This document shows positions 62,553-64,000 of a stretch of DNA of 64,000 nt, piece by piece (position 1 is the first letter of the stretch; each line of letters opens with the position of its first letter). The notes below the pieces were generated by a model that made no database searches, was not told where the DNA came from, and saw only the letters and a list, made by a program, of their open reading frames with translations. Origin of the DNA: Felis catus (lineage: Eukaryota); NCBI RefSeq assembly GCF_018350175.1, contig NC_058368.1, positions 153,762,001 through 153,826,000 of the forward strand. The letters are read 5' to 3'. The translations under genes were made by a program, and so were the position numbers.

Positions 62553-62754
62553 ATTATTATTTATTTTATTTTGGGAGAGAGAGAGAGTGAGAATGAGGAA
62601 AGGGCAGAAGGAGAGGAAGAGAGAGAATCTCAGGCAGGCTCCACACTGTCAGTGGAGAGGCCAGGGTGGGGCTCAAACTCACAAACTGTGAAATCATGAC
62701 CTGAGCCTAAATCAAGAGTTGCACGCTTAACCGACTGAGCCACCCTGGCGCCCC
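62553..62754 (-). mobile_element. SINEC SINE
   Basis: Full body; imperfect TSD gtgtctt(ct)tatattta. Confidence 0.95.
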
Positions 62755-62759
62755 AGGTG

Positions 62760-63520
62760 TCTTCTTATATTTAACTCTTTGCATATTTTGGCTGACTTTC
62801 TTAGACTAGATTCTTGGGTATGTGAAAACTGGGGACACCTATGACAAGTTATTTGCCAAATTGCTTTCTAGAAGAATTGTACCAAGTTATGTTTGTCATC
62901 AGGAATGAATGGGACAGTGAATTCACTATACTTTTACAACATTTAGGGGGTTTATTTACTTATTTGTTTTTGTAGCTTTGCATATCAAATGGTATTTGTT
63001 TTAATTTTTTTTGGCTGTTAGAATGTTTGAATATTTTCAAATCCCCATACTTGATAATTAATTTCCCTAAGTGATAATTATTTTCCTCTCCTTAAATTAT
63101 CTGTTTAACTTCTTTCCAGTTTACTTGCTATAGTCTTAGTGACTGTCCTATCAGAAGTTTGAATATTTTGTTTTATACATGTAAAAATGTATTCAAGCTA
63201 TTAATTAAATGCTACATTTACTGAAAAGTCTCCCAGTAAGTTTAGCTTTTAATTTTTTATGTAAACATTTCAAATGTAACATTTGTTGGTACTTTCCTAT
63301 TTATTCTTTGTAAATTCAAAGCATAGAAAATCATTTCTCTGTCAAAGGTGTAAATATTTAATATTATTTTAATTTTCTTTGATTTGATTTAAAAAATATT
63401 AAACTTTTAACACATCTGGAATTTTTTTTAGCATATGGTGTGAGGTGACCTATTTGACTTTTAAATAATTTACTATGCTATGACCCAGCTGCCTGATTTC
63501 CCTCACGAGTTGCCAAATGT
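62760..63520 (-). mobile_element. Old L1 (L1ME-like) 3' fragment
   Basis: ttgccaaattgctttctagaagaattgtacc...ttttaacacatctggaatttttttagcatatggtgtgagg. Confidence 0.7.
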
Positions 63521-63809
63521 CCAGTGAAAGAAGAATGCTTTTATATTTTGTGTTCATTGAGCTAGCATCTGTTACTTTTATTAAGTATGCCATAATTTTT
63601 TACTAAGAAAACTATGCCCTAAAGATTGCTTTCAAAAAGTTGAATTAACTTTTTTCAGATAAGAGTATAAACTTAATAAGTTATTATTTGGTATTCTTTT
63701 TGGTACCCTACTTACTACAAAGCATACCTTAGCAAAATAATATAGGTACTTTTGCTTTTTCAGAAGTACTTTAGTCTGGAAATGTTATTATACCTTTTTA
63801 AGCTTCTGT

Positions 63810-64000
63810 GTGGACTTAGATGTCAAATCTGAATTTCAGTTATATTTCAGGAACTGATTGGCTAAATGATTTGCACAAAGTTTTCAAACTTCTCAGCCTG
63901 TTTTCTCTGTAGAAAATGGGGATAGTAACTCTTAACTTATGGCCTAATGGTAAGATTAAAAGAGAGAAACATGTAAAAAGCCTGGGAGATTGCTTGATGA
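63810..64000 (+). mobile_element. MIR
   Basis: aacttctcagcctgttttctctgtagaaaatggggatagtaa...aagattaaa. Confidence 0.8.

Overview
AT-rich mammalian nuclear DNA, very likely from a cat-like carnivore: it carries 18 tRNA-derived CAN/SINEC SINEs, several with the GAGCCTGGAGCCTG segment typical of felid copies, plus carnivore-type L1s and an LTR. I can support no intact protein-coding gene. The only ORFs with recognisable protein similarity are broken L1 ORF1/ORF2 pieces and an ancient L2-type reverse transcriptase fossil. The window is a mosaic of retro-elements and DNA transposon fossils: a ~6.5 kb minus-strand L1 at 21.3-27.9 kb, older L1/L2/MIR/CR1 pieces, MaLR/ERVL/ERV1/Gypsy LTRs, and Tigger and hAT relics. 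These are separated by repeat-poor unique stretches that look like regulatory non-coding DNA. A 15:3 minus-strand bias of the SINEs suggests an intron of a plus-strand transcript. The most notable items are a tailless 5'-half tRNA-Cys(GCA) retrocopy inside an old L1 (34288-34321), a cluster of four perfect nuclear-receptor half-sites (12447-12670), a candidate 26-nt plus-strand micro-exon (44765-44790), a double-palindrome/octamer cluster (50526-50590), a readable ancient L2 RT fossil (36490-36905) and a near-perfect 95-bp tandem duplication (7962-8151). I see no evidence for a new multi-gene biological system. Repeat subfamily names come from recalled consensus sequences and need RepeatMasker/Dfam confirmation. 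Boundaries of old repeats are approximate.
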